64,000 nt of DNA, taken from Burkholderiales bacterium. Its GTDB lineage: Bacteria; Pseudomonadota; Gammaproteobacteria; Burkholderiales; SG8-39. Numbering within the stretch: position 1 is the stretch's first letter; each line of letters starts with the position of its first letter. Both the position numbers and the translations under genes were made by a program. The stretch is from the NCBI GenBank assembly GCA_035632415.1, contig DASQGW010000132.1, forward strand, positions 2,563-66,562. The letters are read 5' to 3'. The notes under the pieces are model-generated. The model was not told the origin of the DNA. It ran no database searches and worked only from the letters and a program-made list of their open reading frames with translations. Positions 9,274-18,496 of this stretch are shown piece by piece.

Positions 9274-10572
9274 CTACGACGGCCGGTAGCCGAAGAGTTT
9301 CGGCAGGAAGAGCACGATCTCCGGAATGAATGTCATGAGGGCGAGCGCGCCGATCATCACCCATAGGAACGGTAGCACCTCGCGCACGAGATCCGCCAGG
9401 CTCACTTCCCCGATCTTTACCATGAGGAACAGGAGCAAGCCGTAGGGCGGCGTCACCAGGCCGATCATGATGTTGACCACGACCACCACGCCGAAATGCA
9501 CGAGGTCGATGCCGAGCGCAGCCGCGGTGGGAAGCAGGACCGGCACGACGACGAGCAATATCGTCGTGCCTTCCAGGAAGCAGCCGAGAACGAGGAGCAG
9601 GATGTTCGCGGCCAGCAGGAACGTGAACGGAGAGAGCTCGCGCGCCTTCAGCAGGGCGGCGACCGTCTTCGGGATGTTCTCCACCGTGACCACATAGTTG
9701 AAGACCAGCGCGCCCGCGATCAGCATGCCGATCGAGATGGTGATGCGCGCGCTGCCGACGAGCGAACGGTACACGTCGCCCCAGCGCACGCTGCGATAGA
9801 GGGCGGCGGACACGAGGAGCGAGTACGCCGCCGCGGCCGCCGCGGCCTCCGTGGGCGTGGTCACGCCCGAATACAGGAGCCCGAAGAGGATCACCGGCAT
9901 CAGCAGCGCCGGGAATGCCTCTACGGTCACGCGCGGCAGCTCGCGCAGCGGCACGGCCGCCTCGACCGGAAAGTTGCGTTTCTTCGCGGTGGCGGCGATC
10001 AGCCCCATCTGCACGCCGCCGATCAGGAGGCCCGGGATGACCCCGCCGAGAAAGAGATACGCGATCGAGGTATCGGAGATCAGCGCGTACAGCACCATGG
10101 GGATCGACGGCGGGATGATCGGCCCGATGACGGAGGACACCGCGGTCAGCCCCGCGGCGAAGGCGGGCGGGTAGCGGCCATCCCGCGTCATGAGCGATTG
10201 CATCACCCTGCCCGAGCTTGCGGCGTCGGCGAGCGCCGAGCCCGACATGCCGGCGAAGATGATGCTCTGCACGACGTTGACGTGGGCAAGGCCGCCGCGC
10301 CAGCGGCCGACGAGCGCGTTACAGAAGCGCAGCAGCCGGTCCATGATGCTGCCCGAGTTCATGAATTCCGCGGCCAGGATGAACAGCGGAATCGCGAGCA
10401 GCAGGTAGCTGGAATACATGCCGTTCAGGAGCTGCTCGGCGGCGATGCCGGGATCGATGCCCTTCGCGTAGAGGTACAGGATCGAGCCGGCGATCATCGA
10501 GTGCCCGATCGGCAGGCCGAGCAGGCTCAAGCCCACGATCGCGATGAGCGCGAGGGCGAAGGCGCCCGTCAC
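9274..10572 (-). CDS. TRAP transporter large permease (DctM family)
   Basis: 432-aa polytopic membrane protein with the typical DctM sequence. Its start overlaps the DctQ stop by 4 nt. Confidence 0.9.
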   Translation of the reverse strand: MTGAFALALIAIVGLSLLGLPIGHSMIAGSILYLYAKGIDPGIAAEQLLNGMYSSYLLLAIPLFILAAEFMNSGSIMDRLLRFCNALVGRWRGGLAHVNVVQSIIFAGMSGSALADAASSGRVMQSLMTRDGRYPPAFAAGLTAVSSVIGPIIPPSIPMVLYALISDTSIAYLFLGGVIPGLLIGGVQMGLIAATAKKRNFPVEAAVPLRELPRVTVEAFPALLMPVILFGLLYSGVTTPTEAAAAAAAYSLLVSAALYRSVRWGDVYRSLVGSARITISIGMLIAGALVFNYVVTVENIPKTVAALLKARELSPFTFLLAANILLLVLGCFLEGTTILLVVVPVLLPTAAALGIDLVHFGVVVVVNIMIGLVTPPYGLLLFLMVKIGEVSLADLVREVLPFLWVMIGALALMTFIPEIVLFLPKLFGYRPS

Positions 10573-11066
10573 AGGCCCGAGGACACTTTCGTGAACTCCG
10601 CCGCCTCAGGATCCTTCCCGCGCAGGAGCTTCGACAGGAGCCACACGTACCGCACGATGATCGCGACGAGGAACACGACGTAGATCGAGTACATCCAGTC
10701 CATGCGAATCTTCAGGTACGAGGCCCGCTCGACCTTCATGAAGCTCACGTAGTCGAACGACGGCTTGAGCGACGCGCCGTAGAGGACGATGAGGGCGAGC
10801 GCCGAGGCGATGGCCATGGCGATGCGCCGGCGCGGGCGGACGGAGCTGTAGATGAGGTCGAAGCGGATCTCTTCCTTCTCGCGCAGCACGAACGCGGAGC
10901 CGAACAGCACGAGCCACAGCCAGCTCGCCACGGTGAGCTCGGCGGCCCAGCCCACCGGGAAGTTGAACACGTAGCGGAAGACGACCTGCACGATGAAGGC
11001 GACGAACATCGTCGCGAGGAGCCCCGCGGCGATGTTCTCCGCCCTGCGCTGCAGCCAGCCGAACAT
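10569..11066 (-). CDS. TRAP transporter small permease (DctQ family)
   Basis: 165 aa with 4 transmembrane segments. Sits between the DctP and DctM genes with no gaps. Confidence 0.85.
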   Translation of the reverse strand: MFGWLQRRAENIAAGLLATMFVAFIVQVVFRYVFNFPVGWAAELTVASWLWLVLFGSAFVLREKEEIRFDLIYSSVRPRRRIAMAIASALALIVLYGASLKPSFDYVSFMKVERASYLKIRMDWMYSIYVVFLVAIIVRYVWLLSKLLRGKDPEAAEFTKVSSGL

Positions 11067-12050
11067 CTATTTCAAGGCGTTGATCTTTTCCAGCAGCCCC
11101 TTCGGCCACTCCTTCGCCTCGTCGGAGGCGAGATAGACCTTCTGCGCGTAGGCCCTGAACGCGCCCTGGTCGGGCGTGTAGACCTGCAGCCCCTGCTTGC
11201 GAAAGCTCTCGGCGAGCTCGGCCTCGCGCTTCCGGTGCTCGGTCGCGCTCCAGGCGATCGCCTTGTCGGCCGCCGCCTGGAAGGCCTTCTGCTTCGCCGC
11301 GCCCATGGCGTTCCAGGTCTTCAGGTTCACCGTCAGGAGGTCGTAGCCCACGAGATGCGACGTGAGCACGATCTGCGACATCACCTCGTAGAACTTCATG
11401 TTCTGCACGTTGGGCAGCGGATTGTCCTGGCCGTCGATCGCACCGGTCTGCAGGCCCGTGTAGACCTCGGCGTACGCCATCGGCGTGGGATTCGCGCCGA
11501 GCGAGCGGCCGAGCAGCTGCCAGGCGTCGCCGGGCGGCATGCGCAGCTTGATGCCGGCGAGGTCCGCGGGCGTGCTGATCTTCTTCGCCGGCTTGAGACC
11601 CACCTGCCGGGTGCCGAAGAAGGTCGGGCCGAGGATCCTGACCTTCAACTGATCCTGCGCCTCCTTCTTGAATTGCGCGCCGAGCTCGCCGCTCCAGAAC
11701 GCATTGAGGTGCGCCGCGTCGCGGAAGAGGTACGCCGAGGTGAGGATCGACCAGGCCGGGATCTGCTTCGAATAGTCCTGCGGCGCGATGTTGCCCAGCT
11801 CGAGGTTGTCGCGCTGCAGGGCAACGAGCTCGGTGCCCTGCTTGAAGAGCGTGCCGTTGTAGAACGGCTCGACGGTGAAGTCGCCCGCCACGTCCTGCGC
11901 AAACATCCGGACCATGTCGGCGCGGATGTCCTTGTCCGAGAACACAGCGGCAAAACGCAAGGTCGGCTTCGCCTGCCCCAACGCCGGCAGCGCTCCGGCC
12001 GCAACCAGAGCCGCGCCTGCCTTCAGCGCGGTACGACGGTCGATGCTCAT
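11067..12050 (-). CDS. TRAP transporter substrate-binding protein (DctP family), Tat/Sec signal
   Basis: Internal start MSIDRRTALKAGAALVAAGALPALGQA with a GGAGGAG SD. The rest is DctP-like. The 912-aa track ORF is an artefactual upstream extension. Confidence 0.9.
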   Translation of the reverse strand: MSIDRRTALKAGAALVAAGALPALGQAKPTLRFAAVFSDKDIRADMVRMFAQDVAGDFTVEPFYNGTLFKQGTELVALQRDNLELGNIAPQDYSKQIPAWSILTSAYLFRDAAHLNAFWSGELGAQFKKEAQDQLKVRILGPTFFGTRQVGLKPAKKISTPADLAGIKLRMPPGDAWQLLGRSLGANPTPMAYAEVYTGLQTGAIDGQDNPLPNVQNMKFYEVMSQIVLTSHLVGYDLLTVNLKTWNAMGAAKQKAFQAAADKAIAWSATEHRKREAELAESFRKQGLQVYTPDQGAFRAYAQKVYLASDEAKEWPKGLLEKINALK

Positions 12051-12718
12051 CGCTTCTCCTCCTTGGTTAGGTAACTCAAGATGATGTCGGCCACGATCTC
12101 GCGGCGCCGCGCCACCTCGCCCTGGCGGCCCATGTCGCGCTGGAAGATCGCGCCGAACGTGTAGCGGTTGGTGACGTTGAACATGCCGAGCGCGGCGATC
12201 GCCTTGTGGATCTCGACCGGGTCGACGTCGCGGCGAAAGAGGCGCTGCCGCTCGCCGCGCGCCAGCACCTCGCCCAGGCGCTCGATGATCGGGCGGTTGA
12301 GCGTGCGCATGGCCTTCGACTTGCGCAAATGCCGGCCGCGCGCCTGGTTCTCGGCCACCACGATGCGCACGAAGCCTTCGTGCTCGAGGTAATAGTGGTA
12401 CGTGAATTCGACGATGCGGCGGATCGCCGCCGCCGGATCGAGGTGCTCGAGGTCGAGCCGGGCTTCGGCCTCGCGGATCTCGCCGTAGACCTGCTCGAGC
12501 ACCGCGAGGTAGAGCTTCTCCTTCGAGCCGAAGTAGTAGTTGATGAGCGCTCGCGTGGTGTGGGTGCGCGCGGCGATCGCATCCATGCTGGCGCCCTTGA
12601 AGCCGCGCGCCGCGAACTCCTCCATCGCGGCGGCCACGATGCGGGCGCGGTTCACCTCGGGCGCCTTCGGCTTGCGCATCGCCGCGCTGCGGTCGGCGAC
12701 CCTTGGAATTAACGACAT
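12047..12718 (-). CDS. TetR family transcriptional regulator
   Basis: Has the N-terminal helix-turn-helix ...IVAAAMEEFAARGFKGASMDAIAARTHTTRALINYYFGSKEKLY. Its stop overlaps the DctP start. Confidence 0.85.
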   Translation of the reverse strand: MSLIPRVADRSAAMRKPKAPEVNRARIVAAAMEEFAARGFKGASMDAIAARTHTTRALINYYFGSKEKLYLAVLEQVYGEIREAEARLDLEHLDPAAAIRRIVEFTYHYYLEHEGFVRIVVAENQARGRHLRKSKAMRTLNRPIIERLGEVLARGERQRLFRRDVDPVEIHKAIAALGMFNVTNRYTFGAIFQRDMGRQGEVARRREIVADIILSYLTKEEKR

Positions 12719-12767
12719 TGCAAGTTAAATTTAACAGCCTCGCAAATTTGGAGCAACGCCCGGCGCC

Positions 12768-13622
12768 ATGACCGCCCAGGAAAGCCTGCCCGAGCCGTCC
12801 AATCCCCTTGGCATCGACGGCCTCGAATTCGTCGAGTACGCCACCTCGCAGCCGCAGCAGTTCGGCGCGCTCCTGCAGAAGATGGGCTTCGCCGCCGTGG
12901 CGCGCCACCGCTCGCGCGAGGTGATGCTCTACCGCCAGGGCGCGATGAACCTGATCGTCAACGCGCACGAGGCGGCGAGCGGCACGCCCCTCCTCTCGGC
13001 GTTCGCGCTGCGCGTGCGCGATGCGGCCTTCGCGCACAAGCACTCCCTCGACCTCGGCGCCTGGGACATGCCGACGCGCGCCTCGGCCATGGAGCTCAAC
13101 ATCCCGGGCATCCACGGCGTCGCCGAGACGCTCGTCTACTTCGTCGACCGCTACCGGGACTTCTCGATCTACGACGTCGACTTCGTGCCGCTCGCCGGCA
13201 CGCAGCCGAAGCCTCCGGCCATCGCGGGCCTGCATTGGTTCGGCATCGTGCAGTCGATCCTCGGCGATCGCACGGCCGACTGGCTCGACTTCTACGAGCA
13301 CCTCTTCGGTTTCACCGTGCTGCCGAGCGGGCAGTACTTCGGCGTGCTCCCCAAGGGCACGCTGGTCGAGAGCCCGTGCCACAAGTTCTACCTGCAGCTG
13401 ATCGAGCCGCCGCCCGGCGCGGAGGACATCCGCTGGGACGAGAGCCTGGTGCGGGTGGGCCTCGGCGCCACCGATGTGCCGGCGGCGGTCCAGGCGCTCA
13501 AGGCGCGCGGCGTGGTGTTCGTCGATCGCGGCGCGGTGCAGCCGAGCGAGAAAGGCGCGCTGACGCAGCCTTATCTCGGCGGCGTGACCTTCGAGCTCGT
13601 CCACAGCGCGAGGGGAACCTGA
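12768..13622 (+). CDS. VOC-fold, 4-hydroxyphenylpyruvate-dioxygenase-like protein (QuiC C-terminal-domain-like)
   Basis: 284 aa. Begins ...GIDGLEFVEYAT... and has two VOC modules. It is divergent from the TetR/TRAP operon and lies 1 nt upstream of a dehydratase-like TIM-barrel gene. Confidence 0.75.
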   Translation: MTAQESLPEPSNPLGIDGLEFVEYATSQPQQFGALLQKMGFAAVARHRSREVMLYRQGAMNLIVNAHEAASGTPLLSAFALRVRDAAFAHKHSLDLGAWDMPTRASAMELNIPGIHGVAETLVYFVDRYRDFSIYDVDFVPLAGTQPKPPAIAGLHWFGIVQSILGDRTADWLDFYEHLFGFTVLPSGQYFGVLPKGTLVESPCHKFYLQLIEPPPGAEDIRWDESLVRVGLGATDVPAAVQALKARGVVFVDRGAVQPSEKGALTQPYLGGVTFELVHSARGT

Positions 13623-13623
13623 G

Positions 13624-14487
13624 ATGAACCTCGACGACTTCGGCATGGACACCATCACGCTCGCCGGGCCGCTCGAGGCCAAATTGCGCGCGACGCGCGA
13701 GGCGGGCTTCACGCAGATCATGCTGAACGCCACCGACATCGTCGGCCACCCCGGCGGCGAGGCGGCGGCCGTCGCCGCGGTGAAGGCGAGCGGCCTGCGC
13801 GTCACGGGGTTCCAGGTGCTGCGCGACTTCGAAGGACTCTCAGGACACCTGCACGCCTACAAGGTCGATGTCGCCAAGGCGATGCTCGAGATGTGCCGCG
13901 AGCTCGGCTCGCGCGTGCTCCTCATCTGCTCCTCGGCGAGCGCGCATGCGACGGGCGAGCTCGAGGCGCTCGTCAAGGACCTGCGGAAGCTCGCGATGCT
14001 CGCCGCGCCGCTCGATATCCGCATCGCGTACGAAGCGCTCTCGTGGGGCCGGCACGTCAACCTGTACACGCAGGCGTGGGAGCTGGTGCAGGCGGCCGAC
14101 CGCTCGAACCTCGGCATCGCGCTCGACTCGTACCATATCCTCGCGCATGCGAGCGGGCTGGAGCCCCTCGAGGAGATCGAGGCCCGCAAGGTGTTCCTGG
14201 TGCAGCTCTCCGACTTCCTGTGGCAGGAGGTGCGCTCGCCGCAGGACCGCATCGAGACGGCGCGACATTCGCGTGTCTTCCCCGGCGAGGGCGTGCACAG
14301 CGAGAACGTCATCGAGCTCGTGCGCAGCCTCGATGCGATGGGCTACCGGGGCGACTACAGCTTCGAGGTATTCAACGACGACTACAAGCAGCTGCCGCTT
14401 CCGATCGTCGCGCAGCGCGCCCGCGCCTCGGTGAAGTGGATCACCGGCCGCGTGGCGCGCCGCAGCCTGCCGCGCAGGCAGGCTTAG
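13624..14487 (+). CDS. sugar phosphate isomerase/epimerase TIM barrel, 3-dehydroshikimate-dehydratase-like
   Basis: 287 aa. Contains MNLDDFGMDTITLAG...GF..IML and ...RIAYEALSWG...D.YH...EVFND, a pattern resembling QsuB/QuiC N-terminal domains. Confidence 0.75.
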   Translation: MNLDDFGMDTITLAGPLEAKLRATREAGFTQIMLNATDIVGHPGGEAAAVAAVKASGLRVTGFQVLRDFEGLSGHLHAYKVDVAKAMLEMCRELGSRVLLICSSASAHATGELEALVKDLRKLAMLAAPLDIRIAYEALSWGRHVNLYTQAWELVQAADRSNLGIALDSYHILAHASGLEPLEEIEARKVFLVQLSDFLWQEVRSPQDRIETARHSRVFPGEGVHSENVIELVRSLDAMGYRGDYSFEVFNDDYKQLPLPIVAQRARASVKWITGRVARRSLPRRQA

Positions 14488-14492
14488 CTCGG

Positions 14493-14843
14493 TTACTTGC
14501 GCGACGTCGAGCCGCTGCTCGCCGGCTTGTCCTTGTGCATCGTGTCCTCGACCTTGTTCTTCGCGGCGCTCGCGTCCTGCTTGGTCATCGCCTCGAGGTA
14601 CTCCATGCGCGAGAGCTTGCCGTCGCCGTTCTTGTCGGCCTGCTTGAACTTCTTGAAGAGCTCGGGGTTCTTCGCCGCCTCGGTGCGCGAGAGGTAGCCG
14701 TCGTTGTTCTTGTCGAGCGCGTTGAAGCCGGGGTCATGCTTCGCCTTGTCCTTGCCGATGTGCTGCTCGGCGGCGTAGCTGGCGCCGACCGCGAGCGCAA
14801 GCGCCGCTGCGACGAGAAAGAAAAGTGATTGCGTGAGCCTCAT
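14493..14843 (-). CDS. secreted EF-hand domain protein
   Basis: Has a signal peptide (LALAVGASYAA) and two canonical EF loops, DKNNDGYLSRTE and DKNGDGKLSRME. The tail is Ser-rich and ends GSTSRK. Confidence 0.8.
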   Translation of the reverse strand: MRLTQSLFFLVAAALALAVGASYAAEQHIGKDKAKHDPGFNALDKNNDGYLSRTEAAKNPELFKKFKQADKNGDGKLSRMEYLEAMTKQDASAAKNKVEDTMHKDKPASSGSTSRK

Positions 14844-14936
14844 GGGAAGTCCTTAACGAGTGGTCATCGAGGTCACGACTATGCGAGCGCCGCCGCGCCG
14901 CGACAATGCGCCGGAAGGCACATCCCGACTGAAGAT

Positions 14937-15689
14937 TCAGTAAGGCGAGGGCTGGCCGAGGTCGAGGCCGTGCTTCTTCAGCAGCGCCTGGTGCTCGGGC
15001 GCGGCGAGGAACTGCAGGAAAGCGCGCGCCACGTCGGGCTCGCGCGACGCGGCCGCCACCCCGCCGGAGAAAATCGTCACTTTCTGGATCTCGGCCGGCA
15101 ACGGTCCGACGTACTGGATCCCCGGATAGTTGACGAGCTCGCTCACCTGCTGGAAACCGAGATCGCCTTCGCCTTTGGCGAGCACCCCGCCGACTGCCAC
15201 GCCGGGCGGCGTGACCTTGAGCTTCGGTTTCAACTCCGCCATGACGCCGAGCTTGCCGAACAGCGCGTTGAGATAGACGCCGCTCGGGCCACTCGAGATC
15301 ACGACCGACTTCGCCGCCGCGAGCGCCTTCTTCACCGCGTCGGCGGTGCTGATGTCGGGCTTCGGCGCGCCCGCCTTAACCGCCACGCCGACCAGCGAGC
15401 GCGCGACATCGGAGCGGCTGCCGGCCATCACCTTGCTCGTGTCGATCAGCTCCTCGAGCGAGTCGGAAGCGAGGATCACCGCGTCGAACACTTCGCCCGC
15501 CTTCATGCGCTTCATCACGTCGGCGGTGCCCGCCCAGGTGGTCGTGATCTTGTGCTGGTTCGCTTTCTCGAACTGCGGCGCGAGCTCGACGTACGCCTCC
15601 TTGATGCCGGGTGTTGCGAGCACCGTGATGTCCGCCGCGTGCGCCGTTGCGCCGATTGCCAAGCCTGCCGCCACGAATAGGTTCCTCAT
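14937..15689 (-). CDS. periplasmic substrate-binding protein, ModA/PBP2-like (orphan)
   Basis: Starts MRNLFVAAGLAIGATAHA, a signal peptide. The body is molybdate-binding-protein-like (...VISSGPSGVY...GFQQVSE...). No adjacent permease or ATPase gene. Confidence 0.75.
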   Translation of the reverse strand: MRNLFVAAGLAIGATAHAADITVLATPGIKEAYVELAPQFEKANQHKITTTWAGTADVMKRMKAGEVFDAVILASDSLEELIDTSKVMAGSRSDVARSLVGVAVKAGAPKPDISTADAVKKALAAAKSVVISSGPSGVYLNALFGKLGVMAELKPKLKVTPPGVAVGGVLAKGEGDLGFQQVSELVNYPGIQYVGPLPAEIQKVTIFSGGVAAASREPDVARAFLQFLAAPEHQALLKKHGLDLGQPSPY

Positions 15690-15763
15690 CAGTCCGCCAA
15701 TCGAGATGTGGCGCCGAGGATGCCGCGATTGCACGCGGCGGGCAAGCGCAGAAATGAAAAAGG

Positions 15764-15955
15764 CTAGACCGGCGGCGTGCCGGGTCCGCCGCCCCGCCCG
15801 CCGCGGTAGCCCATGACGAGCGACACGATGAACGCGATCAGGAAGAGGAAAAACAGCACTTTCGCGATGCCCGCGGCCGTCCCGGCGAGGCCGGCGAACC
15901 CGAAGATGGCCGCGAGGATCGCAATCACGAAGAATCCGATCGCCCAGCTGAGCAT
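15764..15955 (-). CDS. DUF1328 (UPF0391/YtjA-like) small membrane protein
   Basis: [47 protein letters not shown] is the hallmark sequence of this family. Confidence 0.8.
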   Translation of the reverse strand: MLSWAIGFFVIAILAAIFGFAGLAGTAAGIAKVLFFLFLIAFIVSLVMGYRGGRGGGPGTPPV

Positions 15956-16007
15956 AAAGCCTCCAAAACGGTTTGAAGGGACAACCGTTCCGTGCAATCG
16001 CCGTGCC

Positions 16008-16334
16008 TTAGGGAAGAGTCGCCTCAACCTGCGGTGCCGAGGGCTCGGCCTCTACCGGAGGCATTTCGTCGGCGTCGACGACGGGCTCATCGTCGCCTTC
16101 CTCTTCTCCGGAAGCGATCGCAGGCTTCGCGTACGGCGCGAGCAAGCCGAGGATACGCAGGTCGTCCCGGGTCACGGGCTGCAACGGGCCCAGCCAATTG
16201 AGGAACTGGAGGAGGTGCGCAATCCGCTCCGGGTGCGCGCACGGAGCAGAAGGATCGAACGTGCTGCCGGTCTGCATGCGCGGCGCGCGGTCGGGGATCA
16301 GCGAGAGAGTGCGGACGATGGTCGCAGCGTTCAT
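16008..16334 (-). CDS. hypothetical acidic protein
   Basis: 108-aa ORF with coding-like GC3 bias. No family was recognised. Confidence 0.45.
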   Translation of the reverse strand: MNAATIVRTLSLIPDRAPRMQTGSTFDPSAPCAHPERIAHLLQFLNWLGPLQPVTRDDLRILGLLAPYAKPAIASGEEEGDDEPVVDADEMPPVEAEPSAPQVEATLP

Positions 16335-16487
16335 TCTTTTCCTCCTGCAAACGAGCGTAGCCAGCCTGCCGCCGCCTGCCTAGCGCAAATTCCCGCGATC
16401 GGTTGGAAGAGAAACGCTACGCGGTGTCACCCGCAAACGTCAGGCGGCGCCTGACGAGGCCGAAATATTGCCTGGTTGCGTTGCAGG

Positions 16488-16781
16488 ATGATGGCAATAC
16501 GCATCGGGTTGGCTGCACTGCTCGCTAGTAGCGCCGCTTTCGCGCAAACCCCCGGCATGGGCGAGACGCGCCCCACGCCGCCGAGCCTCGACGAAAGCCG
16601 CGGCCCGGTAGGCGACGGAACGGGAAAGCAACCCGCACCCGAGGTCGCGCCCGGGAAGCAACAGGCGGCAGCGGACCGCGAGTTGAGCGCCCAGTGCCTG
16701 CGCGACGAGCGCGCCGCCGCGGCAGGCGGCTCGCGTCGCGCCGAGCCGGCAACTTCGACACCGCCGCAAAACCCGCGATAG
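16488..16781 (+). CDS. small secreted protein with Cys motif (paralog of 21839..22156)
   Basis: Signal peptide MMAIRIGLAALLASSAAFAQ. Shares the C-terminal motif ...ELSAQCLRDERAAAAGGS with the 21839 gene. Confidence 0.5.
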   Translation: MMAIRIGLAALLASSAAFAQTPGMGETRPTPPSLDESRGPVGDGTGKQPAPEVAPGKQQAAADRELSAQCLRDERAAAAGGSRRAEPATSTPPQNPR

Positions 16782-16795
16782 GTACACTTGGCGAT

Positions 16796-17422
16796 GTGGC
16801 GGTCCTGCGCATCGCGAAGATGGGCAATCCGGTGCTCCTGTCCAAAGCGGAGCCGGTCGCCGATCCCACTTCGCCGGAGACCCGCAGGCTCGCCGCCGAC
16901 ATGCAGGAGACCCTGGAGGACATCGGCGCGAGCGGACTCGCCGCGCCGCAGGTCTTCGTCCCGAAGCGCGTGGTGGTCTACCGCATCATCGCGGCGCGCA
17001 TTCCCGCGGGCTCGGGCCTCGAGCCGCGACCCTGGACGGTGATGGTCAATCCGGTCATCACGCCGAAGGCGCAAAGGACGACGGAGGTCTGGGAGCGGTG
17101 CCTCTCGGTGCCCGGGCTGCACGGCAAGGTGCCGCGGTATCTCGAGATCAACATCCGCTACCAGACCCTCGAGGGAGAAACGGTGAGCCATGACGCGTTC
17201 AGCTCCTGGGCCGCGCTCCTGCAGCACGAATGCGATCACCTGGACGGAGTGCTCTACCCGCAGCGCATGACAGACCTCTCCTTGCTCGCGTACAACGAAG
17301 AGCCCGGGCCGCTCGCACGCGAAGTCCACGCAAACCCCTCACTTGCCAAACGCGGAATCGACCCGCTCTTCATCGATCTCGTCGAGCGCTGGCCGGGACG
17401 CCAGCGCTGGTTCCCGGCCTGA
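16796..17422 (+). CDS. def: peptide deformylase
   Basis: GTG start gives (M)AVLRIAKMGNPVLL. Carries the three Def motifs: GLAAPQV, RCLSVPG (EGCLS-like) and QHECDHLDG (HExxH). The C-terminal tail is longer than usual. Confidence 0.85.
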   Translation: MAVLRIAKMGNPVLLSKAEPVADPTSPETRRLAADMQETLEDIGASGLAAPQVFVPKRVVVYRIIAARIPAGSGLEPRPWTVMVNPVITPKAQRTTEVWERCLSVPGLHGKVPRYLEINIRYQTLEGETVSHDAFSSWAALLQHECDHLDGVLYPQRMTDLSLLAYNEEPGPLAREVHANPSLAKRGIDPLFIDLVERWPGRQRWFPA

Positions 17423-17434
17423 AGCGGAGTCACC

Positions 17435-18496
17435 ATGTTCATCACCGGATTGGGCACGGCAGTGCCGGACAAGCGTTACTCGCAGCGCCAGTGCCTCGAG
17501 GCGCTGCGCGCGGCGCCCCAATTTGCCCGCCTGGCCGCGCCGTCGCGCGTGCTGCTCGAGCGTGTCCTCGGCAGCGGCGAAGGCGTGCAGACGCGCCACC
17601 TCGCCCTCGACGCGCTGGGTGAAGCGTTCGAGCTCGACCCGGATGCCCTGCACCGGCGCTACTTCGCGCATGCGCCCGCGCTCGCGACCCGCGCGGCGCG
17701 GGCAGCGCTCGACGATGCCGGCGCCGCGGCCGACGAAATCGACGCCTTGCTGATCAGCACCTGCACCGGTTACCTGTGCCCCGGGCTGACGAGCTACGTC
17801 GCCGAGCGCCTCGGACTGCGCAGCGACGCGCTGCTGCTCGACCTCGTCGGCCAGGGCTGCGGCGCTGCGCTGCCGAACCTGCGCACGGGCGAGGCACTCC
17901 TCGCCGCGCAGCGCTGCGGCCGCGTGCTCTCGGTCTGCGTCGAAGTCTGCAGCGCCGCGCTCTACATCGACGACGATCCCGGCGTGCTGGTCAGCGCCTG
18001 CCTCTTCGGCGACGGTGCCGCGGCGGCAGTCACCGCGCTTCAGCCGAAGAAAGACGCGCGCACCGTCCGCTGGATCGGCGCCGCCACGATCGCCGACCCG
18101 GCCTCGCGCGAAACGTTGCGCATGGAGAGCCGCGGCGGCCTGCTGCGCAACATCCTTTCGCGCTCGGTGCCGCAGACCGCCGCAGAGCATGCTTCATCCC
18201 TGCTCGGTAGGGAATTGGAGCAACGCGGCCTTGCGATGAGCGACATCCGCGCCTGGATCTGGCACGCGGGCGGGAAGACGGTGCTCGAGCGCCTGCGCGC
18301 GCTGACCGGCCTGGACGAGCACGCCACGCGGCGCAGCGCCGAGATCCTCGGCCGCTTCGGCAACCTCTCGAGCCCCTTCGTCTTCTTCGTGCTCGCGCAG
18401 GCCCTGCGCGAGCGCGCGCCCGGTGGCTGGTGGTGGATGTCGTCCTTCGGGGCTGGCTTCAGCTGTCACGGCGCGCTGCTCGAAGTGTCGGCTTGA
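17435..18496 (+). CDS. type III polyketide synthase (chalcone/stilbene synthase family)
   Basis: 353 aa. Has a candidate Cys-His-Asn triad in contexts LVGQGCGAAL, IWHAGGKTVL and FGNLSSPFV. Lies 12 nt downstream of def. Confidence 0.85.
   Translation: MFITGLGTAVPDKRYSQRQCLEALRAAPQFARLAAPSRVLLERVLGSGEGVQTRHLALDALGEAFELDPDALHRRYFAHAPALATRAARAALDDAGAAADEIDALLISTCTGYLCPGLTSYVAERLGLRSDALLLDLVGQGCGAALPNLRTGEALLAAQRCGRVLSVCVEVCSAALYIDDDPGVLVSACLFGDGAAAAVTALQPKKDARTVRWIGAATIADPASRETLRMESRGGLLRNILSRSVPQTAAEHASSLLGRELEQRGLAMSDIRAWIWHAGGKTVLERLRALTGLDEHATRRSAEILGRFGNLSSPFVFFVLAQALRERAPGGWWWMSSFGAGFSCHGALLEVSA

Noticed and set aside
11067-13805. 912-aa minus-strand ORF as a single protein. The same issue applies to 20158..22071 (637 aa), 22195..23850 (551 aa), 31222..34971 (1249 aa) and 38093..39568 (491 aa).
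   Set aside because: Only the 3' parts match protein families and have SD-preceded internal starts. The 5' extensions run through other well-supported genes and have shadow-like composition.
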